The notes beneath the pieces were generated by a model, which did not search any database, was not told the DNA's origin, and saw nothing but the letters and a program-made list of their open reading frames with translations. A stretch of 64,000 nt of DNA from the IMG/VR virus record IMGVR_UViG_3300006921_004083, positions 59,783 to 123,782 of that record. One strand, 5' to 3'. Shown here in pieces: positions 19,796-30,400 of the stretch. Position numbers and translations under genes: made by a program. Origin of the DNA: a virus. Each line of letters begins with the position of its first letter. The first letter of the stretch is position 1.

Positions 19796-22700
19796 ATGGA
19801 GATAATTAAGAAAAAAATATCACGAGGTAGTCTTTTAGGGGATAGAACTAACGCAAGAAGACCAGTTCTTGACCCAGAACCATTAATTTCAAACGGAATC
19901 ATGCCATATGCATGTCCTGATACAAATATGAGTTTTGATGATTGTGTTACTACTATATTAGACCCTTTATATATCCCCGGTATGGGACCTGATTGGATGG
20001 AAGAGTTTATCGATGGACCAATCATAGAACTATTTGGAGAATTCATATCAAAAATATTTGTTGACGACTTTTCACAAGGAAGTCAAAATTGGGTAGTTAA
20101 TACTATAGATTTCCCCCTAGTTTTATATTGGAATACTACGGTTCCATATGTTGAAGACATTGGTAACAATTCTTTACGAATTGAAATTGGAGGTCCTGGA
20201 CCCATTAACACCAACGGATACGTTATATTACACACAGTCAATAATTATAATTTAATTACAGGAGAGAATTATAATATTAGTGTAAAGCTGAGCTCTAATA
20301 TACTTTCTCATATTAATATGGTAACCAATCCAGGAATAAACCAACCAAGTATGTTGTACGTTTGGGCGAGTAATGTGGATACAGGGACTTTCGAATATGG
20401 TCAGTTTAATGAAAATGAAGTGGAATTATTCACTTCACGAGGGGTAGTGAATACTACATTTACCGTTGTGGATGGAGGAAACTACATGTTTGGTATCTCT
20501 CAATATATTGATGACACCTTTGGAACTCCAGCACAAATAGGAGATTTTCTTATTGTAGACGACTTCCAAGTCACAAAAGAAACATCAAGTGTCGATACTA
20601 ATAGTTTTATAGGGGTAAAAAGAAAAATTCTTGGATTTTTTAAGAGTTTTAATATTGAATTCACTCCTTATAATTTACATCTATATCGATATAATATAAC
20701 TAACTACTTACTGAGTCAAGATGCGGTAGATGTAGATGACATTAACTTAGGAGTATATGGGACCCAAGAAATTGACCCCAATACAGGATTTCAGACGGGA
20801 CAATATTTAATTTTTTCACCACCTGTTGGAGTTATCCCATTTTATTATTTAGGGTGGAATCTCTATGGTGCGATAACTAACATACAAAATGATATTGTAA
20901 CAAACAATGGATTTCTTTACTGCCAAGGACCAGATTTAGGACCTTGGGACGGGACAAATCAAAACTACAATACAGGTGATGTGGTAGAAGCAGGGGATGG
21001 GTCACTTTGGTATTGTAATCAGACTCCAGACGAAACATGTAATACGTGCGCACCAGAGGACGCTTGTGCGTGGATACCTTGTATTAATGTCGTAGGTAAT
21101 AGACCACCCGTATTAAATATAAACTTTCCACTCTACCAAGACATTAAAGATATTGGAATATATAGAGACTTACTTCACCCTGGTATTGCTGAGGAATGTA
21201 GTGGATCAACTAAAACTTTAACACAGAGTTACAAGTGTCCAGTTCCTTGGTTTACTAATAGTGATGGAGAGGTGACTTTTTATGACTATGAGACAGATAG
21301 TGAAGTTTTTGTAGAACGAAAGTGTTGCGAAGACTATAGCGAGTATGGTTTTGTTTGGTGGAAAAAGAAATGTTATAGAGATTACGGTAATAAAGACCAA
21401 GGACAAGGACTAGAGTTATTTAACTTTCCTTATGACGTATTATTTTACGGAATAGGAGATAACTGGGTAGAATTTTATGAAGGTAATGCGATGTCACCAA
21501 CGGAAAGCTATGTTATGGCAGGAGCAGGAGGGAGTATGGGGACCATAGAAGGAGTCTCTGGGAAAAGAACACTTATATATACACCAATAATCTCGGGATT
21601 GATAGACGGGGAGACCTATATCATAAAATCAAAAATGGTGATGAAAAACTATCCTAGTTCTACTTTAGCAAATATAATGTGGGGTGGTACTTCTACATTA
21701 GATCCAAACTGGGGTTATTTATATTTTGAAAATTTTGAACTAGGGGAAGCTCTTGGGTTTACAAACCCAATATCTTGTATTAATGGAGGTGTAACAACAG
21801 TAGATTTTATAAATGGGGATTATAGGTTAGTTACTAATAACTGTAATCAAGCCACAATTAACATACCAATTAGTTTGGCACAAGGGATGGATTATCGATT
21901 CACAACACGTTATGTTGCTTGTACTGTTCCAGAAGTTAGTCAAATCTTAACTCTACCTGCCCAACTTAATTTCAAACTATTTGACCCTCTAGGTAATATG
22001 GTAATAGATGAAGATATTGCATCTGGTAATATTTTTGATATGGATGTAGATTATACCGCACTCCTTAACGGGGCGTATATGATGGAGTTTATCGTGTTCA
22101 ACCCTGCAGGTAGTGGTACTTGTGTTGGTGGGGGTAGTCCCTGTGATAATGGAAATGTTCCGGTGAGTACTTATGGGTTTAAGTTAGAGCATTTATCGGT
22201 TGAAGAAAAACCTTGGAATTGGACTACAGATGAAGATGTAAAAGTAACCCCAGTTAAATATTGGACAAGTAATTCATATGACGCCGCAGATGATGTAGTT
22301 GAAGTAGAGTTAGAGAGTGAAATTACGATGGAAGGGGCAACATCTGTAAGTTTACGTTTAATATGTGACGTAAAGGAAGAAATTATAGTCTCTCCACTAG
22401 AGTTTGACTTAGTAAACACGGAAATATCATTCAAGTACTACCAAAAACCTAATTTTTTAGGGTGTGACGAAACCCATTTCCTTAGTACAATTAGAAACGA
22501 ATATGGGGCAATAGAAAATACAACAGTACCATATGTTAACACAGTAATAGCTACCGACCCACAACTTCCAGTCATCCAAGGAGTGGAATCAAATGCAGAT
22601 TGTGATTACACACCAAGTGTACTAGGTTGGTATTGTGACTTAAATTATGTTTTAGAGATGGGACCACCTACTGGAGATATTACTATACAAGGGTGTTTAA

Positions 22701-23389
22701 GTACATCAACTCTTATTCCAGGAGTTACCCTATACTCAACACCTGAAGCTTGTATGCAAGCTAGTGGTTGTAACCTTATTGTAGGGTGTATGGATCCAGA
22801 TGCAATTAACTATAATCCACAAGCACAAGAACCCTGTTGGTTAAATTATGGTAACGATTGTTGTTTATTACCTTTAGGTGGTTGTACAGATATATCTGCC
22901 AATAACTATTGGCCCGCAGCAACATTCGATGATGGTTCATGTCACTATCATAATGGATGTCCTGATCCAACAGCGTCTAATCCATGTGTACCAACTAACT
23001 CTATGACTATTAATAGTAATATTATAAGTTGTACGGATTGTATGGGTAACCCACCAGCAACACAATATAATAATCCACTATACCCAAATGCGATAATTCC
23101 AGGAACGTTTGGTGACATTACTTGTTGTTATTTTGACCCAATAAATAATTTAAGTATAGGTTGTACTGACGTAAATGCGGTGAACTATGATCCTCTAGCA
23201 CAAGTAGACGATGGTAGTTGCAGTTATGTGACATTTTATGATGTGTATTGTTGTTTCCCAATCACACCAGGTTCAACATGTCAACAGTTTAGTACTACTA
23301 GTGTGAATGATTATAATCTTTTCTTGGCGGATCCTAGATGTGAGACCAACTTTGGGGATTGTACGAATAATAACTCAAATTGTGTGTAG
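19796..23389 (+). CDS. large Cys-rich virion protein with CBM-like domains and GCTD repeats
   Basis: Two galactose-binding-like sandwiches, a CBM5/12-like YNTGDVV..DGSLWYC motif and C-terminal GC(T/M)D..A.NY repeats; ends in TAG in frame with the next ORF. Confidence 0.6.
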   Translation: MEIIKKKISRGSLLGDRTNARRPVLDPEPLISNGIMPYACPDTNMSFDDCVTTILDPLYIPGMGPDWMEEFIDGPIIELFGEFISKIFVDDFSQGSQNWVVNTIDFPLVLYWNTTVPYVEDIGNNSLRIEIGGPGPINTNGYVILHTVNNYNLITGENYNISVKLSSNILSHINMVTNPGINQPSMLYVWASNVDTGTFEYGQFNENEVELFTSRGVVNTTFTVVDGGNYMFGISQYIDDTFGTPAQIGDFLIVDDFQVTKETSSVDTNSFIGVKRKILGFFKSFNIEFTPYNLHLYRYNITNYLLSQDAVDVDDINLGVYGTQEIDPNTGFQTGQYLIFSPPVGVIPFYYLGWNLYGAITNIQNDIVTNNGFLYCQGPDLGPWDGTNQNYNTGDVVEAGDGSLWYCNQTPDETCNTCAPEDACAWIPCINVVGNRPPVLNINFPLYQDIKDIGIYRDLLHPGIAEECSGSTKTLTQSYKCPVPWFTNSDGEVTFYDYETDSEVFVERKCCEDYSEYGFVWWKKKCYRDYGNKDQGQGLELFNFPYDVLFYGIGDNWVEFYEGNAMSPTESYVMAGAGGSMGTIEGVSGKRTLIYTPIISGLIDGETYIIKSKMVMKNYPSSTLANIMWGGTSTLDPNWGYLYFENFELGEALGFTNPISCINGGVTTVDFINGDYRLVTNNCNQATINIPISLAQGMDYRFTTRYVACTVPEVSQILTLPAQLNFKLFDPLGNMVIDEDIASGNIFDMDVDYTALLNGAYMMEFIVFNPAGSGTCVGGGSPCDNGNVPVSTYGFKLEHLSVEEKPWNWTTDEDVKVTPVKYWTSNSYDAADDVVEVELESEITMEGATSVSLRLICDVKEEIIVSPLEFDLVNTEISFKYYQKPNFLGCDETHFLSTIRNEYGAIENTTVPYVNTVIATDPQLPVIQGVESNADCDYTPSVLGWYCDLNYVLEMGPPTGDITIQGCLSTSTLIPGVTLYSTPEACMQASGCNLIVGCMDPDAINYNPQAQEPCWLNYGNDCCLLPLGGCTDISANNYWPAATFDDGSCHYHNGCPDPTASNPCVPTNSMTINSNIISCTDCMGNPPATQYNNPLYPNAIIPGTFGDITCCYFDPINNLSIGCTDVNAVNYDPLAQVDDGSCSYVTFYDVYCCFPITPGSTCQQFSTTSVNDYNLFLADPRCETNFGDCTNNNSNCV

Positions 23390-23392
23390 AAT

Positions 23393-26300
23393 ATGAAAAT
23401 TAAAAATAAAATAGGGTGTTTAGATAAAAAAGCTATTAATTACGATAGTACGTCTGATATTGCTTGTAAAAATTGTTGTGTAAGTGAAAAAGGTCAAAAA
23501 ACTTTACAAAATTTGATTGAAAGGATAAGCCCAAAAAACCTAAAATCATTACAAAGTTATTCTTCCTATGCTCTTGGTTATCTAGATAATAGACCGTTTT
23601 TTAATTACATAACGCAGGCTGAAAAATATGGTTTACAAATAGGTTGTGAAGGTTACCATGAACATGAATTTGAGGGGAAAACTGTTTATATGGCTTGTGA
23701 AAATCACGAACCAATAACAAATCAAAAAGAAAATACTCTTTCCTGTGAAGATTATATTGAAGGGGTAACAGAGAATGGAATAGTAATATGGAGTAATATA
23801 ACCGAATTAGAAAAACAAAAAGATTGTTGTAAAAAAAGAAGTAAAGAAGGTTATCAGTGGGATGATATCACTAGAAAGTGTTATTTGAGGAAAAGTGATA
23901 ATAAAAAGATTATAGGTAATCACAGTGTGTTATCTTTTATAAACACTGTACCAGTTTGGTATACCCAAGGGGCTGCCAATGAATATGCTAATATAATAGA
24001 ATGTACAGGTACTCACACACATGATGTTAATGGAAGAACGGGATATATGGCTTGTAGTGATCATACTACAGCCGAATCCCAATTCGCACCTTCATGTTTT
24101 AATACCGAAACAAGAGTAGATGGTAGTCTAGTATTCACCAATACCAACACTACTAATACCGTAATGACGAACCAAGCTTGTTGTCAACAGTGGATACAAT
24201 ATAGTTTTATGTGGAATGGAGAAGATTGCCAACCTCTAGAAAACTCTTTAACTTGGCAATGTATTGACGGTATAGTTACTGAAGTTTTAGATGGTAGCGG
24301 ATATTACCAAAACTTTAATGATGCGATAACTTATTGTGAAAGTAGTTCATATGGTGAACTTACATACGATTGTGAAAATAATAATTGTGAAGTTAATCCT
24401 GTAGGGGATGGACAATATAGAGGACCCAATGCACTTACTGATTGTTTAATTTATTGTAAAGATTGTAATGAGAATCCAGTGTGTTGTGATACAATGGCAA
24501 CAAATTGTGACAGTAAATGTCAAACAGCATCCATTCACAATAATTGTGGATGTGATAACAGTTACTGTATCTATAATGTTGGGAATGTACAATTAAGAGG
24601 AACAACAAATCGTAGTGGTTCACAGTTAATGGCACGAGTTGGTAACCCAAGTTTACCAGGAGACACGAATTGTGATGGTATTGTTAATCTTGATGATTTG
24701 TTTAGTGTATTGGATAATTGGCTACAAACAGGACCAAATTTACCAGGAGATACTAACGATGATAATATTGTTAATCTTGATGATTTGTTTAGTGTATTGG
24801 ATAATTGGCTACAAACAGGACCTCCATGTAATAGTAGAGATAATACACCTCAAGGGACATTTACCCCAACCATAGTACCAAATGGATGTTCGGATTTATG
24901 TTTAACTTTTGACTTCCAATCCATTATTACACAATTCGACCTAAATACAAATCTTAATGGGACAGGTATTTGGAGAGATTTTATAGACATACAAGTTCCA
25001 AACTACTGGTCTAACGTTGACCCATCTAGTGGAGTGTATAATATATTTACTTTACCCGATTCAAATGGCTTTATTCAATTATATGATAGTAATAATACAA
25101 ATGTAGGAGTTGCGTCACATCAACAATCAGGAATCCCATCTAATTTTACATATACACTTCATTGGTTTGATTCAGGAGTTTTAACAGAAATCGTAGACCC
25201 AACGACGGACACTACAGTGTTACCTCCTAATTCTTATCTAATTAAAATAATTGATAATAACGCGATAAATGTAGATACAGGGTTACCGTGTGAATATTCT
25301 TATAATTTTGCAATAAACAACTCAAATCACTTTATCATGAATACGTCCATTGGAGGTAGTTTATGTGCCATTTGGGGGTGTACAGATGCCGCGGCTGCTA
25401 ACTATGAACCTACAGCTAATGCTGAAAATAATTCTTGTAGTTACGTATTCAGTCAATCAGTTCCAGGATGTACTGACCCACTAGCATGTAATTATGACTC
25501 TTTAGCCACGTTTGATAATGGAAGTTGTACATATAATTGTTATGGTTGTACAGACCCAGTTGCTCTTAATTTTAATACAAATGCAACAATTCCATGTAAT
25601 GGAAATTATGGAAATTATTGTGACACACCAGGACCATCCAACTGTTGTTGTGAATATCATTTAATGGTCTATGGTTGTACGGATCCATATGCACAAAATT
25701 ACGACCCAAGCGCAGATACAGACGATGGTTCGTGTGATTATACAATAGTTGGTTGTACTAATCCTTTGGCTAATAATTTTGACCCAGGGGCGACAGTAGA
25801 TAACGGGACTTGTGAAATACCAGGATGTACTGATGATGGTACGGATTTGGCATTTCCAGGGAGACCAAATGGGTTTTTAGGTACGGCATCCAACTACGAC
25901 CCAAATGCGACGATAAATGATGATTCTTGTGTTTATGTGGATTGTGTTTATGGTTGTACGGACCCAACCTCAACTAACTATGATCCAGACGCAACATGTG
26001 ATGATGATTCATGTTACGGAGGATGTTGTGGTGTCCAAGACGGGATTAAAGGACAAGAATATGTTATAACTGGGTTTACAGATAGTAAACTTAGTGATAT
26101 TTTATGGCCCGGTTATAGTAACGCTTCTAGTGTATCAGAGGCAACCACAAATCCTGCTATGACAGACAAATACGGAGTTAATCCGTATTATCCATTAATA
26201 AAAAGAGTACCTTCATTAGGAATGAATGATGGGTGGACCGTTATAAATGAGAATCTATTTACGGCATACACTATTAATAATATACATTATTGGGATTACA

Positions 26301-26566
26301 GCACCATACCGACACCTTCACCTATAGGTGAAAATGTTATTACTCGTTTTGCAATACAAATGACAAATTGTTGTCCAGGATGTTTATATCCCGATATAAA
26401 AGAAGAATGGACTTTAGGTCATGTATTCCCTCCACAAATAGAAAATAATGTATTTATAGATAGAGGTCAGATATCTATTTTTGAAGACTACTATAGAATA
26501 ACAGAAGTTGATAGACTTGAAGATTTTGACCTTTACCAAGGAGGATTCTTTAATATAATAAGTTAA
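23393..26566 (+). CDS. large Cys-rich virion protein with a dockerin-like duplication and GCTD repeats
   Basis: Two C.G.H.H...G...YMAC..H motifs, two GDTNxDxIVNLDDL motifs, about seven tandem GCTD repeats, C-terminus VFIDRG...GGFFNII. Confidence 0.6.
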   Translation: MKIKNKIGCLDKKAINYDSTSDIACKNCCVSEKGQKTLQNLIERISPKNLKSLQSYSSYALGYLDNRPFFNYITQAEKYGLQIGCEGYHEHEFEGKTVYMACENHEPITNQKENTLSCEDYIEGVTENGIVIWSNITELEKQKDCCKKRSKEGYQWDDITRKCYLRKSDNKKIIGNHSVLSFINTVPVWYTQGAANEYANIIECTGTHTHDVNGRTGYMACSDHTTAESQFAPSCFNTETRVDGSLVFTNTNTTNTVMTNQACCQQWIQYSFMWNGEDCQPLENSLTWQCIDGIVTEVLDGSGYYQNFNDAITYCESSSYGELTYDCENNNCEVNPVGDGQYRGPNALTDCLIYCKDCNENPVCCDTMATNCDSKCQTASIHNNCGCDNSYCIYNVGNVQLRGTTNRSGSQLMARVGNPSLPGDTNCDGIVNLDDLFSVLDNWLQTGPNLPGDTNDDNIVNLDDLFSVLDNWLQTGPPCNSRDNTPQGTFTPTIVPNGCSDLCLTFDFQSIITQFDLNTNLNGTGIWRDFIDIQVPNYWSNVDPSSGVYNIFTLPDSNGFIQLYDSNNTNVGVASHQQSGIPSNFTYTLHWFDSGVLTEIVDPTTDTTVLPPNSYLIKIIDNNAINVDTGLPCEYSYNFAINNSNHFIMNTSIGGSLCAIWGCTDAAAANYEPTANAENNSCSYVFSQSVPGCTDPLACNYDSLATFDNGSCTYNCYGCTDPVALNFNTNATIPCNGNYGNYCDTPGPSNCCCEYHLMVYGCTDPYAQNYDPSADTDDGSCDYTIVGCTNPLANNFDPGATVDNGTCEIPGCTDDGTDLAFPGRPNGFLGTASNYDPNATINDDSCVYVDCVYGCTDPTSTNYDPDATCDDDSCYGGCCGVQDGIKGQEYVITGFTDSKLSDILWPGYSNASSVSEATTNPAMTDKYGVNPYYPLIKRVPSLGMNDGWTVINENLFTAYTINNIHYWDYSTIPTPSPIGENVITRFAIQMTNCCPGCLYPDIKEEWTLGHVFPPQIENNVFIDRGQISIFEDYYRITEVDRLEDFDLYQGGFFNIIS
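24652..24822 (+). repeat. 87-nt-period direct repeat encoding a dockerin-like pair
   Basis: Copies start at 24652 and 24739; the last ~57 nt of each (TATTGTTAATCTTGATGAT...ACAGGACC) are identical. Confidence 0.9.
25373..26020 (+). repeat. tandem GCTDPxAxNYDPxAxxDDGSC peptide repeats
   Basis: About seven degenerate copies in the translation; further copies at ~16180 and ~22780-23225. Confidence 0.85.
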
Positions 26567-26583
26567 AATAAAAAAATTAATAA

Positions 26584-27477
26584 ATGGCAACAGGTAATTA
26601 CGGAATAAAGAGACCAGCAGATGTACTTCCAGAGGACATAGACATCTTTTTACATTACACACCAAGTAGAGATACGGGTTTTGAAGATACGTTTGTAAAA
26701 TTAACCCCTAGCAATGAGTATATAAGACAATATACAAAACCTACAGAAGGGGCAGTAGGTATTGGGATATTAGAAGGTATGTATAACCTTTCCCTACCAC
26801 CAAGTATCTTTAATTCTAAAGGTATATATACAGTGGTGTTAAAACCTAGGGAAATAATAAAAGAAGTAGTTGATTGTGGAAACTTAGCGGCAATGCCCGA
26901 AGTAAAAGGAATTGTTATGGATCAAACTTTATTAGGTAGTGCTGGGATTAATGGAGGATTGGTTGGATATAGACTAGAATATTACGAAGAAGCAACAAAT
27001 AGAAAGATTCCAAACTTCTTTAGAATTGTAACATCTTCAAATTTATGTGAACCAGTAAATCAACAACTCTCTAATACAACACAAAAAGCAATAAGATATA
27101 ATTTTAACGACAATGGGAGTTTATTATTTCTTACCCTAACACCTAGTTCTGCACCAAACGTAAAACCTAATGCAGAACCATTCCTAGGAAGAACAGGACA
27201 AAAACTAAGTATAACAAACACATTCTTTAATCCAATATCAATAGAAATTGAAATAACAGAACATGATTTTGATACATTAGGGTATGGATTATTTGGTAAT
27301 CAGACTAAGTCTATACAAGACGGAATTTATACTATATATGACACAGATAATAACATCTATAGACAATATAACTTATATGAAATTAAAGATAATTTTGATG
27401 ATTCTTTATATGAGGTGAGACAACAAAGAAGCGACATAGACTTCACCAAAGATTTCAATAACATAAACGTATTATAA
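26584..27477 (+). CDS. putative virion (baseplate-associated) protein
   Basis: 297-aa ORF (MATGNYGIKRPADV...) translationally coupled to the next gene (TAATG). Confidence 0.55.
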   Translation: MATGNYGIKRPADVLPEDIDIFLHYTPSRDTGFEDTFVKLTPSNEYIRQYTKPTEGAVGIGILEGMYNLSLPPSIFNSKGIYTVVLKPREIIKEVVDCGNLAAMPEVKGIVMDQTLLGSAGINGGLVGYRLEYYEEATNRKIPNFFRIVTSSNLCEPVNQQLSNTTQKAIRYNFNDNGSLLFLTLTPSSAPNVKPNAEPFLGRTGQKLSITNTFFNPISIEIEITEHDFDTLGYGLFGNQTKSIQDGIYTIYDTDNNIYRQYNLYEIKDNFDDSLYEVRQQRSDIDFTKDFNNINVL

Positions 27478-30400
27478 TGGCGTACAAAAAAGTAATAGGT
27501 AATTATCAATCTAATTTTGATTTTTCTCCAGATCTAGTAGGATTTCAGATCACCGAGGGGAGTCCCTTAATGACGCTTACCAATTTCTATACAACACCAG
27601 TCCCATCGGCGAAAAGTAGTGTTTTTTATGATACTGAGGGGTTTTCCCAACCAGTTACACTAAGTGATCTTAACTTGACTACATCACAAGGTGCAGAATT
27701 ATTAAATAATAATCTAAATCTAGTGTTAAATTTGGATGAGTCTGATTTATTTCATTATACATTATTTGGTAGTTTGAGAGAACATATAAAAGCTTCGGTA
27801 AAGAAAATTATTATAAATTGGCCAGCTTCACTATTCATAAATAAAGTTAATATTAGTGGGTCCACAACATTTACCGCAATAAACTACATATACAATAGTG
27901 AAACTAACAGCTCAACGTTTAAGATACCGGCAGGAAATATAAGAAATAAATTTTTCATTAATCTCGATAATATTCCCAACACTTTCCAACAAGAACCAGG
28001 GAAAAAGTCAATGGCCTCAAGTTTTTATGATTATACCGTTCAATACCCAATTGCTAGTGCACAAACAATTACTAATTCTCCTGGTTATTATTCTCCTAAT
28101 CAAGAATTTAGAGTAATTGGTTTTACTGGTTTTTCCTCACAAGAAACAGGATATATTGGAATAAAAGTAGTAGGAAATCCATTTACAGGGGCCACTAACG
28201 GGGCAATAAGACAAAATTTCCATATAAAACCTCAGGTTAATATAAGGGAAAGATATTTTAATAGATTAAAAGGACTCGATAGATTCTTACTTAATAGAGA
28301 TTTTTACCCTATATACACTTCAGAGTTTACCGTACCAGTTAAAGGTGAAGATCAAACCTTTACAGAAATAAAGAAAAAATTTACTTGGCCAGTATCAGAC
28401 GGATATAATATAGATATAGACACTACCTTATATGGGGATTTTCTTTCATCACTTTTAGAGTTGGCCGATTCATATGATGACTACAAAACAGACTTAGTTG
28501 CCAGATTTTTTACCACAGACTCAATAAAAGAATTTGACACGGACGATAAAAGAGTAGAAAAACTTTTAAGAATTTACGGAAGAGAATTTGATGAGGTAAA
28601 AAGATATATTGATGGTATTGCGTTTGCTTCGAGAGTATCTTATGATAAAAATGATAATATTCCAGATAAGTTAATTAAGAATTTTGCACGTACACTTGGA
28701 TTCGAAACTCTAGATTTTGCAAATCAAGAGAATCTTCTCGAATCTTTCTTTGGTGGGACTAATACGAATGTATTTTCAGGAACTTCTATAGGTATGACAC
28801 CTGTAGAGTTTGATATTGAATTATGGCGAAGACTTGTATTAAATGCTGGGTATCTCTTCAGGGCAAAGGGAACAAGAAAAGTAATTGAGTTCTTTTTAAG
28901 ATTTATTGGGGCACCAGAGTCATTAATAGAGTTTAATGAATACGTTTATACGGTAAAAGAAAAATTAGATATAAATAAAGTTGAGACTACTTTAACTTAT
29001 TTAGATGCAAATAGAGGTGGAGAAGACGATGAAACGGCAGGAATCGACTTATCATACTACCCTATCGATAATGATGGATATCCTAAAGTATTACGTAATA
29101 CAGAAGAGTACTATTTCCAAATGCAGGGAGGGTGGTATAGAGAAACTAATTTTATTGGTGCTAATAATCCACATTTTGGACCTTATGATGGTGGGCAAGC
29201 ATATTTTAATAGATTTAGAAAATTTTCAGAGTCTTCCGGAGGAACCTTTACAATACCTTCAGTAGTTTCAGGTACTGTACCAGAAAATGAATTAGTGCCC
29301 GTATTAGTTTCTAATTCCGTAACTACTGATAATTTTAACTTTTTAACTGGTACCTTAGGGTATATTAATTCTTTACAAGGGGCAAGTCCTGGTTTAGGTT
29401 CGGCTTGGGCAACAGTAAGTGATGCTATAACTCAGGGACCCGCAGCGGTTTATGTTTTTGAACATATTGGAGAAAGTATACCAGCAGATAAACAAATATT
29501 GGCTAAAGCTCTTTACGACGCTGGTTATGCAGTATTAACCATAAGTAACTACGCAACTTCGTCACTTTACCCTATTAATAATACCTCAGTTCATGCGAGT
29601 GGAGTACCTTGGGGGTTTGAACAAAACCCATTTGTTGATCCAAGTAATCCACTAACCCAAGGATGGTCCAATACCCCATCCTTTAACACTATGGACGGTT
29701 TTGATATAGTGACAGCAGGGGGCGATGCAAATATATTATCTTATAATGAAACACCAAATAATGATAAAATTAACACCCTTTATTTATATAATGTAAATGG
29801 TGGTAGATGGGTACACTGTCAAAACCCTAACTTATATAATTCCTCACAATTATTTACTAATATTATGGATTTCTTAACCATGAGAAATGAAAATAATAGG
29901 TATTATTATGATTTTGACTGGTCTGAGTTTTATGAATCTAATGTTTTTGTAGGTAGTCCAGGCTTTGTTCTTTATCCACAAATTGATAATAAAAAATCTT
30001 GGGTAAATAATACAGGAACAACAATAAATGCGTACAGAGAATGGGGACTAACAGATTCCCAGGCGAGTTCTACCACCACTACTAGAGATACTAATTATTT
30101 TGTTGGGGATGATGAAAGGTTAGTATTAAATACGAAAATGGTAGACTCCCATCTTAACATCGCAAAGGCTATGGAAACCGACATGTACAACTATAATAAA
30201 ATGAGTGGTTTCCCGATTACTATAAAGTATGATTACAATCCAAACATACTTGAAAATCTGTGGCCAGTTCAGAGTACTGGAAGGGGTTATAATAGACAAA
30301 ACTTAGGTACTAATATATATTATGGGTCTTCTATGAGTGGATCAGGTTTTGCTGTGAGTGCGACTACATTTGCGCAGTATTTAGACAGAGTAAAAACACA

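Noticed and set aside
24652-24822. Diversity-generating retroelement TR/VR pair
   Set aside because: The copies are tandem, in frame and in one gene; mismatches are not confined to adenines; no reverse transcriptase is present in the window.
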